Positions 36,323 through 46,080 of a stretch of 64,000 nt of DNA are shown here, piece by piece (position 1 is the first letter of the stretch; each line of letters starts with the position of its first letter). The stretch lies in assembly GCA_020432045.1 (NCBI GenBank), contig JAGQHB010000024.1, positions 78,405 to 142,404 of the forward strand, given 5' to 3'. The notes beneath the pieces are model-generated. The model had not been told where the DNA came from and searched no databases. It saw nothing but the letters and a program-made list of their open reading frames with translations. The position numbers and the translations under genes are program-made. Origin of the DNA: Dehalococcoidia bacterium (GTDB lineage: Bacteria; Chloroflexota; Dehalococcoidia; Tepidiformales; Tepidiformaceae).

Positions 36323-37282
36323 ATGCTCCCAGATATTCGTCTCGGCCCCACCAATCGCACCTTCCGGCCTCTCGGCCTCGGCACCTGGCAATGGGGCGAT
36401 AGATACTGGGCATTCGACCCCGAAGAAGGCCCACGCACCGCGCGCGAAGCATTCACCGCCTCCTTGGCCGAAGGCGTCACCTTCTTCGATACCGCCGAAG
36501 TCTACGGCGGGGGCAAGTCTGAGGAGATCCTCGGCCAGGTCTACCGCGAGACCGCGAGCGATGCCTTCATCGCTACAAAGTTCTATCCGCTGGCCCACAT
36601 TCGTGCATCGTCCGTCGAGAAGTCACTCGATGACAGCCTCGAGCGCCTTGGCGTCGAAAAGGTTGGCCTGTACCAGGTCCACCACCCGTTCACCATCCTT
36701 CGCAACGAAGCGATCATGGGCCGCCTCGCTGACGCCGTGCGCTCTGGCAAAGTCGAATACGTCGGTGTCTCCAACTACCGCCAGCGCCAGCTCCGCGCCG
36801 CCCAACGGGCCCTTGCGAAGCGCGGCATCCCGCTCGTCTCCAACCAGGTCCACTACAGCCTCATGCACCGCGCACCCGAGACCGACGGCGTCCTCGATGC
36901 CTGCCGTGAACTCGACATCACGCTCATCGCCTACAGCCCACTCGCCCAGGGCGCGCTCACTGGGAAATACGGCCCCGGCCGTGGCAAAGTCGCTGGTATG
37001 CGTCGCTTCCGCGCCGTCTTCCGCGGCCTGAAAAAGGCGATGCCGCTGGTGGAAGCCCTCGAAGATATCGGCCGCGCCCACGACCGTTCCGCCGCACAGG
37101 TCGCCCTCAACTGGCTCGCCGCGCAGCCCGGCGTCATGCCCATCCCCGGCGCCAAAGATGGCCGCCAGGCCACCGAAAACGCCCGCTCCATCGACTTCGC
37201 CCTCACGCCCGACGAAATGAAGCGCATCGACCGCCTTAGCCGCCGCTACCGCAAACACGGCCCCCCGCTCGTCGGCATGTAG
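36323..37282 (+). CDS. Aldo/keto reductase
   Basis: Sequence LGLGTWQWGD...FFDTAEVYGGGKSEEILG. Trimmed from the 483-aa track ORF. Confidence 0.85.
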   Translation: MLPDIRLGPTNRTFRPLGLGTWQWGDRYWAFDPEEGPRTAREAFTASLAEGVTFFDTAEVYGGGKSEEILGQVYRETASDAFIATKFYPLAHIRASSVEKSLDDSLERLGVEKVGLYQVHHPFTILRNEAIMGRLADAVRSGKVEYVGVSNYRQRQLRAAQRALAKRGIPLVSNQVHYSLMHRAPETDGVLDACRELDITLIAYSPLAQGALTGKYGPGRGKVAGMRRFRAVFRGLKKAMPLVEALEDIGRAHDRSAAQVALNWLAAQPGVMPIPGAKDGRQATENARSIDFALTPDEMKRIDRLSRRYRKHGPPLVGM

Positions 37283-37306
37283 TCACACCGTCGCGTCGTC
37301 GCATCT

Positions 37307-37329
37307 CCCCTCTCGCTGCGGGAGAGGGG
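37307..37329. terminator. GC-rich hairpin between convergent genes (possible bidirectional terminator)
   Basis: CCCCTCTC-7 nt-GAGAGGGG, an 8-bp perfect stem between the AKR stop (37282) and the hisG stop (37345). There is no clear U-tract on either strand. Confidence 0.3.
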
Positions 37330-37344
37330 CCGGGGGTGAGGGGT

Positions 37345-38187
37345 TTAGATCCGCGCCATCTCGATCTGCATCAACAACACTCCCTTGCACCCCAGCTTCG
37401 CCAGCTCGTCCACGATCCGGTGCGATTCGCGCCGTTTCAACATCGCCTTCACCGCCACCCAGCCCTCCGTCTGCAGCGGGCTCACGGTCGGCGACTCGAT
37501 CCCCGGCGTCAGCTCCGACGCCCTCGAGAGCAACGAGAGCGGGCAGTCGTACTCCACCATCACGTATTCAAGGGCAACCATCCGCCCCTCTATCCGGCGC
37601 TTCAGCGTCTCCACTTCCTCGAACGACTCGTGTCCCGGCCGCGCAAACAGCGCCGCGTTAGAATGGAACAGTGGCTCGCCCACCACGCGTAATCCCGCCT
37701 GGTCCAGCGTGCTGCCAGTCTCGACCACGTCGACGATCGCTTCCGCGATCCCGAGTTGCACCGAAATCTCGACCGCGCCCTCCAATGTCACGATCTGCAG
37801 GTCCTTCCCGCGGAAGTAACTCCGCGTGATCTCCGGGAACGACGTTGCGATCTGCAGGTCTGCCACCTCGGCGAGTGTCGTGCACGGCGAATCCTTCGGT
37901 ACTGCCGCACAGAGCCGTGACTGGGCGTAATGCAAGTCCACCAGTAGCGTCGGCTCAACGCTCTTTTCGGCTGCGAAGTCCTTTCCCGTGACGCCCGCGT
38001 CCAAAATGCCAGCCGCGACATAAATCGGAATGTCGACCGGCCGAAGGAAATAGAACTCGATATTGTTCTCCGGGTCCAGGCAGGTAAGGCTCTTCGGCGT
38101 CTTCGTCAGCCGGTAGCCACACGACGTCAGCAGCTCTACGGTCGGTTCGAATAGCTGGCCCTTGTTGGGGATCGCAATCTTGATCAC
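37345..38187 (-). CDS. hisG: ATP phosphoribosyltransferase, long form
   Basis: Sequence IKIAIPNKGQLFEPTVELL...LRPVDIPIYVAAGILDAGVTGKD plus a C-terminal regulatory domain. The GTG start overlaps the hisE stop (GTGA). Confidence 0.9.
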   Translation of the reverse strand: MIKIAIPNKGQLFEPTVELLTSCGYRLTKTPKSLTCLDPENNIEFYFLRPVDIPIYVAAGILDAGVTGKDFAAEKSVEPTLLVDLHYAQSRLCAAVPKDSPCTTLAEVADLQIATSFPEITRSYFRGKDLQIVTLEGAVEISVQLGIAEAIVDVVETGSTLDQAGLRVVGEPLFHSNAALFARPGHESFEEVETLKRRIEGRMVALEYVMVEYDCPLSLLSRASELTPGIESPTVSPLQTEGWVAVKAMLKRRESHRIVDELAKLGCKGVLLMQIEMARI

Positions 38188-38444
38188 AGTCGCGCGTAGA
38201 CCTCGTCGAGGGTGATGTCCCTGTCTGCCATCATGCAGGCAACGTAATAAAGAACCTGCGACAACTCCAGCGCCACGTCATCGCGAGCCTCATACCTTGC
38301 CGCCATCCAGCTCTCTGCGGCTTCTTCCACCAGCTTCTTCCCAATCGCGTGCGTGCCCTTGCGGAACAGTTCAGTCGTCGAACTGCCGTCTGGCATCTGC
38401 GCCTTCCGCTCGGCTGCCATAGCCACCATTTCATCGAACGTCAT
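38184..38444 (-). CDS. hisE: Phosphoribosyl-ATP pyrophosphohydrolase
   Basis: Sequence IGKKLVEEAAESWMA...ELSQVLYYVACMM...ITLDEVYARL. Confidence 0.8.
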   Translation of the reverse strand: MTFDEMVAMAAERKAQMPDGSSTTELFRKGTHAIGKKLVEEAAESWMAARYEARDDVALELSQVLYYVACMMADRDITLDEVYARL

Positions 38445-38480
38445 TCCGAGAGCATACCTGCCTCGCTCGTCACGTTCGCT

Positions 38481-38867
38481 CTACAGCGGCCCGGCACTTG
38501 CAAGGCACTGCCCAAGCAGCCTCTCGGCGCTTCCATCGAGCGGGTACGTCCGCGTCGCAAGCATTCGCTCGGCAAGCGCCACACCTTCGCATGCCGCAGC
38601 GACGACATCCTCGGGATACCCCCATCGTTCCCGGTTCGATTCGAACTCGTCCTCGTCCCGGACGAAGAACGACAGGTCCGGCGTCACGATCGCGCCCAGC
38701 TCCAGGTCCACGAATGCGACCGTCCGCCCCACAATCGTTGCCGGGCACCCGGCATCGCACTGGTAGTACAACACGCTCCCCCGGTCATCAAATGCCACAA
38801 GGATGCTTAGCGGCGCCACCGTCCGGAAGTACCAGATCGCGCGGCCCGTCTCATGTCGCCATTCCAC
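38481..38867 (-). CDS. Hypothetical protein (128 aa)
   Basis: Protein-like composition in an operon position between the Rdx-like gene and hisE. No family recognised. Confidence 0.4.
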   Translation of the reverse strand: MEWRHETGRAIWYFRTVAPLSILVAFDDRGSVLYYQCDAGCPATIVGRTVAFVDLELGAIVTPDLSFFVRDEDEFESNRERWGYPEDVVAAACEGVALAERMLATRTYPLDGSAERLLGQCLASAGPL

Positions 38868-38915
38868 GCCGGCTCCTCGCTGCCGTCGTACTTGCGCTTC
38901 AGCGTCTGGACCTGG

Positions 38916-39191
38916 TTAGCCATGGCGTGCTGGCGGCGTCCCGTCGATACGGTCCCGGACCAGGGCTCGTAGCTCCCGCATTTCCGGAAAGCGGCCCCTC
39001 TCACTCGTCGACCACGCCTCTTCGCCATCGATCGATACGGCAAAGATCCCGCCGTCTCCCGGCACCAGTGCGACCTCAGCCACGAACTGTCCGAACGTGT
39101 GTAGGAGCTCCTGCGCCACCCACGTCGCCCGCGGCAAGAAGTGGCATTTCTGGCAGTACGTGATCGCGATTCGGGGTTTGTCGTTGCTCAC
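38916..39191 (-). CDS. Rdx (SelW/SelT/SelH-like) thioredoxin-fold protein, Cys form
   Basis: Sequence RIAITYCQKCHFLPRATWVAQELL carries the CxxC redox motif. GTG at 39191 overlaps the nitroreductase stop (GTGA). An alternative ATG exists at 39224. Confidence 0.6.
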   Translation of the reverse strand: MSNDKPRIAITYCQKCHFLPRATWVAQELLHTFGQFVAEVALVPGDGGIFAVSIDGEEAWSTSERGRFPEMRELRALVRDRIDGTPPARHG

Positions 39192-39856
39192 AGCAATGCC
39201 TCGAAGTCCCGAGTTTCGCCCCACGAGTCCCAGTACGTGACCTCCGACGGCGGCCGCCTCGGCCCTTCACCGAATCGCCCCACCGGCCAGCCGATCGGCA
39301 AGAGTGCCGCCGTGTGCGCGTCCTCCGGGATCCCCAGCAGCGCCCGCACTGCTCCCTCGTTCTGGCGATGCAGCGTCGTCAGCACGGTCCCGAGCCCCAT
39401 CGCCCGGGCTGCCAGCATCAGGTTCTGAATGGCCGGGTAGATGCTGCTTCCGCTCGCGATGCCGCTGTTGATGGCCAGCAGGAATCCGCACGGAATGATG
39501 ATGTACGGCGCCTCGTGCAGGTGGTCGGCCAGGTATTGCCCGCGCTCCAGCGTTAGTTCCAGCGAACGTCGCTCGCGTTCTGAAACCTCCGCCCGCTTCT
39601 GAGCTCCTCGCCCGGCGATGTATTTCGCCCACTCGGCAGCGTAGATTTCCTGCAGGCCACGCTTCTTGGCGCTGTCCTCCACAACCATGAAGCGCCACGG
39701 TTGCACGTTTCCGCCGTTCGGAGCCCGCGTCGCCGCCCAGATGAGCCGGTGGATGTATTCCACCGGCACTGGGTCGGGCTTCAACCGCCGCATCGCCCGT
39801 TGCGTTCGCATCGCCTCGAAGATCGCGGGCTCGATGACCGGCAGGTCTGAATTCAT
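39188..39856 (-). CDS. Nitroreductase family protein
   Basis: Sequence IFEAMRTQRAMRRLKPDPVP...GGNVQPWRF. Trimmed to ATG 39856, below the hydratase stop at 39864. Confidence 0.8.
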   Translation of the reverse strand: MNSDLPVIEPAIFEAMRTQRAMRRLKPDPVPVEYIHRLIWAATRAPNGGNVQPWRFMVVEDSAKKRGLQEIYAAEWAKYIAGRGAQKRAEVSERERRSLELTLERGQYLADHLHEAPYIIIPCGFLLAINSGIASGSSIYPAIQNLMLAARAMGLGTVLTTLHRQNEGAVRALLGIPEDAHTAALLPIGWPVGRFGEGPRRPPSEVTYWDSWGETRDFEALL

Positions 39857-39863
39857 GCCGCGA

Positions 39864-40727
39864 CTATACGCCACCGTCGGCGGGTACCTGCGCTGACGCG
39901 TCGCCCGATTTGTAGAGCTGGTCCCGTGATGCCCGGAACGCTTCCCAGCCCTGCTCACGCAGCACTTTCAGGTGCGGGCTGTCGCCGTGTGTCCCTTCCA
40001 GCATCGCAGAGATGAGCGGGTCTTCGCGGTACTCCAGCGCCCGCCGGAACCCGGCGATTTCGTAGGTTCGGTTCACCAGCATCTTGTTGCTCTGGACCGT
40101 CTTCTGCGGCAGTGCCGCCAGCTTCTTCGCAAGGTCTTCGGCCGCTGTCAGCAGTTCGTCCGCTGGCACCACCCGGTTCACAAGCCCGAGCCGCAACGCC
40201 TCCTGTGCCGTGATCCGCTCGCCCAGCATCAACAGCTCTTTCGCCTGCTTTAGCCCCGTAATGAACGGAGAAATCAGCATCGGCGGCCCGAATCCGTGCC
40301 GGATCTGAAGTTCGCCGAACACGGCATCGTCGGCAGCGATCGTCATGTCGCATGTCCCGGCCAGCTCATGGCCCTGCCCAACCGCGTACCCGCGTACCGC
40401 GGCGATCACTGGTTTGGGCATGTTCCAGATTCTCAGGTTGATGTCCACGCCGCTCGGCGTCGGGTCATCGTCCGGCGGCGGTGTCGATTGGATGTCGCCT
40501 CCCGACGAGAACGCGCGCCCGGCGCCCGTCAGTACGACAGCCCTTACATCGTCGTCTGCCTCGGCCTTGTCCAGTGCCACCGAAAGCCGGCGCAGGATCG
40601 ACCAGTTAATCGCGTTCAACACGACCGGGCGGTTCAGCGTGATCAGCGCGTAGCCCTCTCGCTTTTCGTACAGCACATCGTTTGGCGATGGCGGTGGGAT
40701 CTCGATCTGTTGTGGTTGCTGCCCCAT
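39864..40727 (-). CDS. Enoyl-CoA hydratase/isomerase family
   Basis: Sequence ALITLNRPVVLNAI...LTGAGRAFSSGGDI. ATG 40727 lies behind GAAGGAAGTGAAGGA. Confidence 0.85.
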   Translation of the reverse strand: MGQQPQQIEIPPPSPNDVLYEKREGYALITLNRPVVLNAINWSILRRLSVALDKAEADDDVRAVVLTGAGRAFSSGGDIQSTPPPDDDPTPSGVDINLRIWNMPKPVIAAVRGYAVGQGHELAGTCDMTIAADDAVFGELQIRHGFGPPMLISPFITGLKQAKELLMLGERITAQEALRLGLVNRVVPADELLTAAEDLAKKLAALPQKTVQSNKMLVNRTYEIAGFRRALEYREDPLISAMLEGTHGDSPHLKVLREQGWEAFRASRDQLYKSGDASAQVPADGGV

Positions 40728-40805
40728 TCCTTCACTTCCTTCTTTCACGACGAAGGCCCGCAGCGGCGGGCCTTCGTCATTCATACCGGGAGAGAACCGG
40801 TTGCG

Positions 40806-42047
40806 CTAGTTGCCGGCGCCGACCACAAACGAAACGCTCGTCGTTCCGCTGCCGCCGATGTTCAGCGTTGCGACCTTCTTGGCGCCTCCGACCTGGTAGC
40901 CGCCGGCTGTGTTCGTCACCTGCTTGTATGCGTCCAGCAGCTGGCGCACGCCCGTGCCGCCCACCGGGTGACCGGTACCGATAAGGCCACCACTCGGGTT
41001 GATCGGCAACTGCCCATCGAGGTCGATGATGCCTTCCTCGATCGCCTGCCACGATTTCCCCGGAGGTGTCAGGCCAAAGTGGTCGATGGCCATGTACTCC
41101 GATGTCGTGAAGCAGTCATGCGTCTCGATCGCATCGATTCCCCAGACATCCGCTACTTTGGCGCGCCGGAACGCATCCAGGATCGCCTGCCGTGTGTGCG
41201 GCAGCACGTACGGGTTGTCTTTGCTCTCCGCCACCTTGTCGTCGAAGCCCAGCGGTGCCGTGTGGTGGCCCCACCCCTGGATTTGCGGGATCGAATTGAT
41301 GTCCATGTTGTGCTTCTTCGCGTACTTCTCCGCATACCGCTTCGAAGCGAGGAATACGCAGATCGCCCCGTCCGTCACCTGCGAGCAGTCCGTGATCTTG
41401 ATCCTGCCGCCGATGAGCGTGTTGAAACGGTCGGTCCGCTGCGCATGCTCTTCGCTCATGTACCAGCTGCGCGTCTGTGCCAGCGGGTTCTTGCGCGCGT
41501 TCTCGTAATTAATCGCCGAGATGCGAGCGAGATGCTCGTCCTTCAGGCCGTAGCGCTTGTCATATTCGTCGCCAAGCCGCCCGAACAGCTTCGGGAACGG
41601 GAACGAGACGCCCTTTGCTTCCTTCTCGTACCACGCCGCCGTGCCGAGGAAGTCGCCGCCCCGTGCCGAGTCCACGCTTTTCATCTGCTCTACGCCCACG
41701 ACCATCGCCAGGTCGTAGCGCCGCGCTTCGATCTCCGAAGATGCGGCCAGCAGCGCGATCGATCCCGACGCGCATGCCGCCTCGTGGCGGCCGGTGGGCA
41801 GGCCGCTGAACGATGGATGCGTCTCCACCAGGAACGCCCCGAGATGTCCCTGCATCGTGTAGAGCTCGGCCGCGAAGTTGCCAACGTGGCCAACTTCGAC
41901 GTCCTCCGGGGGAATCTGGGTCGCCTGCAGGGCCCCCGTCACCACCTCGTTGAACATCGCCGAGATGTGCTTGCCTTCTTTCGTCCAGTTGCGGGCAAAG
42001 TCCGTCTGGTAGCCACCAAGAATAAAAATCGGTTCGGTTTCAGACAT
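40806..42047 (-). CDS. Thiolase (acetyl-CoA C-acyltransferase, SCP-x-like), catalytic Cys present
   Basis: Nucleophile motif EAACASGS and C-terminal [20 protein letters not shown] upstream. Confidence 0.85.
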   Translation of the reverse strand: MSETEPIFILGGYQTDFARNWTKEGKHISAMFNEVVTGALQATQIPPEDVEVGHVGNFAAELYTMQGHLGAFLVETHPSFSGLPTGRHEAACASGSIALLAASSEIEARRYDLAMVVGVEQMKSVDSARGGDFLGTAAWYEKEAKGVSFPFPKLFGRLGDEYDKRYGLKDEHLARISAINYENARKNPLAQTRSWYMSEEHAQRTDRFNTLIGGRIKITDCSQVTDGAICVFLASKRYAEKYAKKHNMDINSIPQIQGWGHHTAPLGFDDKVAESKDNPYVLPHTRQAILDAFRRAKVADVWGIDAIETHDCFTTSEYMAIDHFGLTPPGKSWQAIEEGIIDLDGQLPINPSGGLIGTGHPVGGTGVRQLLDAYKQVTNTAGGYQVGGAKKVATLNIGGSGTTSVSFVVGAGN

Positions 42048-42067
42048 CGGAGTCTCTCCTTCTGCAG

Positions 42068-43396
42068 CTAGCCTGCGAAGTACCGGCCAGGCGTAAGGAA
42101 CGGCAGATTGAAGAGTGGCGTCCTGACCTCGCCCTTCTTCGCCGCGTGCAACAGCGCCGGGACCGGGATCCCGTAGCGCTCCATCTGGGCAATCGCCCGG
42201 TCAACACCGATGTAATCCACCAGGCCCGAAGGTGGCGCCCAGTTGAATCCTGCCGTCATGATCCGGTCAGCGTCCGCGTACTCCTCCACCACCTCGCCGA
42301 CCCGGTGCAGCGCGTAGCTCGCGTAGCCAAGCACCACCTTTCGGGCGATGTCTGCCAACGGGTCCTGGGCACTCATGAAGCTGTCCATGCCCTGCTGGTA
42401 CCGGCCTTCGTGGTAGAGCTCTTTCACCTGCTCGACGAACGGCACGGTCAGCCCACGGTCCATGTCAATGTAGTTGCCCGTTGCCGGGTCCAGTGCCTGC
42501 ACGATTGCCTTGCCGTCGACGGTAGACCGCTTGAAGAAACCGCCCATCAAGGGCGTCTTGTCGCCCATGTGGCCCGCCTCAAGTGCTTTCGACATATACG
42601 CCGGCATCTTGAACGCGCCCGGAGCCTCGTCCTGGATGTTCGCGTCCACGTTGTCGACGATGGCCTTATGCACGTCCCACCCGACGAGGTCGATCGTCGC
42701 GAGGGGTGGCATCGCACGGCCCGTGTAGGGCCCGACGATCGTGTCCATCAGCTGTACGCCGTGCGTCTCCGCCAGCTGCGCCACTTCATTCAACACTTTG
42801 AACCCGATGCGGTTGCCGGCAAACGCCGGAAGGTCCTTGCAGATGACCACTGCCCGTCCGAAACGGTTGGTCATCATCTCTGCCAGTTCGTTGACCAGTG
42901 CTGGGTCCATGTCCGGATGCGGGATCAGCTCCACTCCGCTCATCACGTGAGGTGGGTTGTAGAGGTGGATGCCGAGGAAGTGCTTCTTGAATCCGTCCGA
43001 ACAGCCCTCCGCCATCTCCCGGATCGAGAGCCCGGACGAGACCGTCGCCACGATCGCGTCTTCTGGCCGGTGCGCGTCTACTTCGGCGAAGATCCGTCGC
43101 TTGAGCGACATCTCCTCCGCCACCGCCTCGAATATCAGGTCCGCCCCGGGGAGGAATGCCCCGTAGCCTTCGCCGTACGTGCGGGCGCTCATGCTCGAAG
43201 TGATATGTTCTGACTTGGCGATTCCCTGGCTCGCCTTCATTGCGCCTTCTACCTTGGGTAGATCGCGCGCCACGAGGTCAACCTCGCAGCCCGCGCTCGC
43301 GAACATGGCCGCGGATCCCGCGCCCATTGCTCCATTTGCCCCAAGGACGACGACGCGATTGATCTCCAGGGACGCGCTCGTTGCTGCTCCCACCAA
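42068..43396 (-). CDS. 3-hydroxyacyl-CoA dehydrogenase
   Basis: Rossmann motif [31 protein letters not shown] plus a 3HCDH C-terminal domain. The start is TTG 43396 or GTG 43393, behind GGAGGG. Confidence 0.85.
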   Translation of the reverse strand: MVGAATSASLEINRVVVLGANGAMGAGSAAMFASAGCEVDLVARDLPKVEGAMKASQGIAKSEHITSSMSARTYGEGYGAFLPGADLIFEAVAEEMSLKRRIFAEVDAHRPEDAIVATVSSGLSIREMAEGCSDGFKKHFLGIHLYNPPHVMSGVELIPHPDMDPALVNELAEMMTNRFGRAVVICKDLPAFAGNRIGFKVLNEVAQLAETHGVQLMDTIVGPYTGRAMPPLATIDLVGWDVHKAIVDNVDANIQDEAPGAFKMPAYMSKALEAGHMGDKTPLMGGFFKRSTVDGKAIVQALDPATGNYIDMDRGLTVPFVEQVKELYHEGRYQQGMDSFMSAQDPLADIARKVVLGYASYALHRVGEVVEEYADADRIMTAGFNWAPPSGLVDYIGVDRAIAQMERYGIPVPALLHAAKKGEVRTPLFNLPFLTPGRYFAG

Positions 43397-43530
43397 AGAC
43401 CCTCCGCTAATCGGCCCGTATTGTTGTTGCCGGAGTCCGGATTATATACAGTCCACGCAACAAGGGACAGTCCTGCTCGATACCATATCAATGGGCCATC
43501 GGCTCGGGCTATCTCACGGCCTGTTTTTCG

Positions 43531-45963
43531 CTACTCCAGTGCCCCAACTGCTTCTGACCACGCGATTCCTTCTCTGCGGAGCCGGGAAATGTCGTCTCCA
43601 CCATATCCGAGTTCTGCCAGGATTTCGTCCGTGTGGTCGCCAGCCAGGCTGCCCGCACCCGGATGGAGCGGTGTTCGCTCAAACAGCGCCTGCGTACCCC
43701 ACCGGTAGGAGTCTCCGTAACGCGGGTGCTGCACGGGGACAATGAATCCGTTCTCCCGGACGTGCGGGTCATCCAGCCAGAAGTCCCCCGGCGTTGGCCC
43801 ATCTGCGCGGACGCATCCGATCCCGTTTGGTGCGAGCGCTGCTTCCCAGGCATCCGCTCCGCGCGTCCTCATCACCGCTGCCAGGGCTTCGCTCAATGCT
43901 GCGTCGTTCGCCGCCCGCAGTGCCTTAGTTGCGAACCGGGCATCGTCCGCGAGATCCGCCCCCGCCGCCGCGCAGAAGGCCCGGAATTCCCGATCCTCCG
44001 GTACGGCCAGGAACACCCACCCCTCAGCCGCTTCATACAGCCGGTAGGTGGCGCTCAGCCCCATCAGGTCCCCGTCTGGTTCCGCTCGGGGCGCTTTGCC
44101 CGCGTACTGGATGAAATCGTCCGCGTTCGCATACGCATTGGTCGCCATCATGTCGACGAACACCTGCTGTCCAACCCCGAACCGCCGGGCCGCCGTCAGC
44201 CCCAGCATCGCGGCCGTCGCGACGATCACCGACGTGTTCGGGTCCGGATTCGCTTCATTCGATCGGAACAGCTGCTCCGCCGTCCTCCGTGTTTTCTGAA
44301 GGTCCTGGAAGTCGAGCGGCGGCCTCCCGGCGCCAACCTGCATGAGCGCTCCCCCCAACGCTGCCCCCGGAATCGGGTGGGTTGAAGGCCTATGGGCGCT
44401 CGGGCCGTCCGGTCCGTATCCATTTACGGACACGTACACGATCCCCGGCCGCACCGCTTTGCAGTCCGCGTAGCCAATCCCCAGGCGCTCCGGCACGCCC
44501 GGCCGGTAGTTGTGGATGAGGATGTCCGACCGTTCGACGATCTCCCGGACGATCTGTTGGCCCTCTTCGCTCTTCAGGTCGAGCGCAATGCTCTCCTTCG
44601 ATTGGTTGGTCCGTGCGGCCATGATTCCGGCCATCCCCATTCCCCGGTATGGGTCGCCACCAACGGGTTCCACCTTGATCACCCGTGCTCCCATGTCGCC
44701 AAGGAACGAAACACCCAGCGGCGCAGCAATGATCGTTGCGAACTCCACCACCGTGACCCCCGCCAGCGGACCCTTCCCGTTCGAAGTCCTCGCCCCCGCT
44801 CCGTTTCGGCCGTTACGGGGAGCCGCCACGGACGAGTTGTGGGCCCCGGCGGTCGGAGCAGCCCCACCGATCGCCCCCGGTGTTACCGATAGATTCGCCA
44901 CAGGACCGAGTTGCCTCACGACGCCGAGTTCCGGGTGCGTGTGTTCCTTCACCATCCCGTTGAGGATGAGGTCCGGGTCGTCCAGTGCGTCCTGGGTCGG
45001 ACGATAGATCGTTGCTGCAACGCCCCCGTTTTCCGTGAACACTTGCATCCATTCGTCCGCCGTCTTTTCGCGCATCCGCAGGAACATCCGGTCGCGAAGC
45101 TCCTCGCGCGCTTCCTCGCTCCAGAGCGCCGGAGGCCCTTCGTATCGTGGGTCCGCGTAGATATCCGCCAGGTCTGCAGCACCGAGGTAGTTGTCAAAAA
45201 GGTGCTGGAGCAGGTTCCCCATCTGCATCCATCGCCCGTCGCCCGCCTGCAGAGGGTGGTAGTTCAATGTCGGCGACCGCAATGCTGCCGAGGCCAGTGG
45301 GTCCAGCGCGTACTTTTCCGGGTACCGCTTCAGCAGCTGCGAACGCAACAGGGCCAGCAGGTCATACGGCTGCATCCCCTGGAGCATGCTCGTCTCTACC
45401 ACCTGGCCTTCACCGCTCGCGTCCCGTTCGTGCAGCGCACCCAGGATCGCTGTCACGGCCGATTGCGAGGTCGAGTGCATTCCCACCCGGACGGCCGCGT
45501 AGCCCGGTCCCTCGCGGTCCGCGATACCTTCGAAGCTCCGCATTCGCCCAGATTTCGCCGCCACGATGCCTTCGTACCCCGGGTAATCCCGGTACGGTCC
45601 CTTCGATCCGAACGCAGTGATCCGGCAGTAAATCAACTCCGGGTGGCCAGTCCGCAGCGTCGCCGAATCGGCCCCAAGGCGCGCGCACTCCTCCTCCTTC
45701 CCCGTCACCAGCACCACGTCCGAACCGTCCGCGAGTTCGCGTAATCGAATCCGTCCTGCTTCCGTGGTCAGGTCGAGCTCGACGCTCTGCTTGCCACGGA
45801 GCCACATCGGACTGTTCGCCAGCGCGCGGAACCGGTCGCCGCCTGGCCGTTCCACCTTGGTAATGTCAGCGCCGAAGTCCCCGAGCACCATCGTCGCCAT
45901 CCCGCCAACCGGTCCGGTGCTGATGTCGAGAATGCGGATGCCGTCGAGCGGTCGATTTGCCAT
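43531..45963 (-). CDS. Family III CoA-transferase, tandem two-domain fusion (810 aa)
   Basis: Two signatures: IRILDISTGPVGGMATMVLGDFGADITKVERP at the N-terminus and VTVVEFATIIAAPLGVSFLGDMGARVIKVEP near aa 400. ATG start. Confidence 0.85.
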   Translation of the reverse strand: MANRPLDGIRILDISTGPVGGMATMVLGDFGADITKVERPGGDRFRALANSPMWLRGKQSVELDLTTEAGRIRLRELADGSDVVLVTGKEEECARLGADSATLRTGHPELIYCRITAFGSKGPYRDYPGYEGIVAAKSGRMRSFEGIADREGPGYAAVRVGMHSTSQSAVTAILGALHERDASGEGQVVETSMLQGMQPYDLLALLRSQLLKRYPEKYALDPLASAALRSPTLNYHPLQAGDGRWMQMGNLLQHLFDNYLGAADLADIYADPRYEGPPALWSEEAREELRDRMFLRMREKTADEWMQVFTENGGVAATIYRPTQDALDDPDLILNGMVKEHTHPELGVVRQLGPVANLSVTPGAIGGAAPTAGAHNSSVAAPRNGRNGAGARTSNGKGPLAGVTVVEFATIIAAPLGVSFLGDMGARVIKVEPVGGDPYRGMGMAGIMAARTNQSKESIALDLKSEEGQQIVREIVERSDILIHNYRPGVPERLGIGYADCKAVRPGIVYVSVNGYGPDGPSAHRPSTHPIPGAALGGALMQVGAGRPPLDFQDLQKTRRTAEQLFRSNEANPDPNTSVIVATAAMLGLTAARRFGVGQQVFVDMMATNAYANADDFIQYAGKAPRAEPDGDLMGLSATYRLYEAAEGWVFLAVPEDREFRAFCAAAGADLADDARFATKALRAANDAALSEALAAVMRTRGADAWEAALAPNGIGCVRADGPTPGDFWLDDPHVRENGFIVPVQHPRYGDSYRWGTQALFERTPLHPGAGSLAGDHTDEILAELGYGGDDISRLRREGIAWSEAVGALE

Positions 45964-46080
45964 GGCGAATCTGCCTCCTTGCGCTAGAGCCGGAGCATAC
46001 CGTCCCCCGCCTGTCTGTCGAGTGCACCCCTCGGCCGTTTCCGGCGCTATGCTCCGCCCATCACGATTCGAGGCTTCTCA

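Noticed and set aside
38916-39224. Rdx/SelW-like gene as a selenoprotein
   Set aside because: The redox motif is CQKC with both positions encoded as Cys codons. There is no in-frame TGA, and I noted no SECIS-like hairpin.
40296-42071. 591-aa plus-strand ORF
   Set aside because: It is antisense to the hydratase and the Cys-containing thiolase. It is Arg/His/Pro-rich junk composition, and the opposite frames carry clear catalytic motifs.
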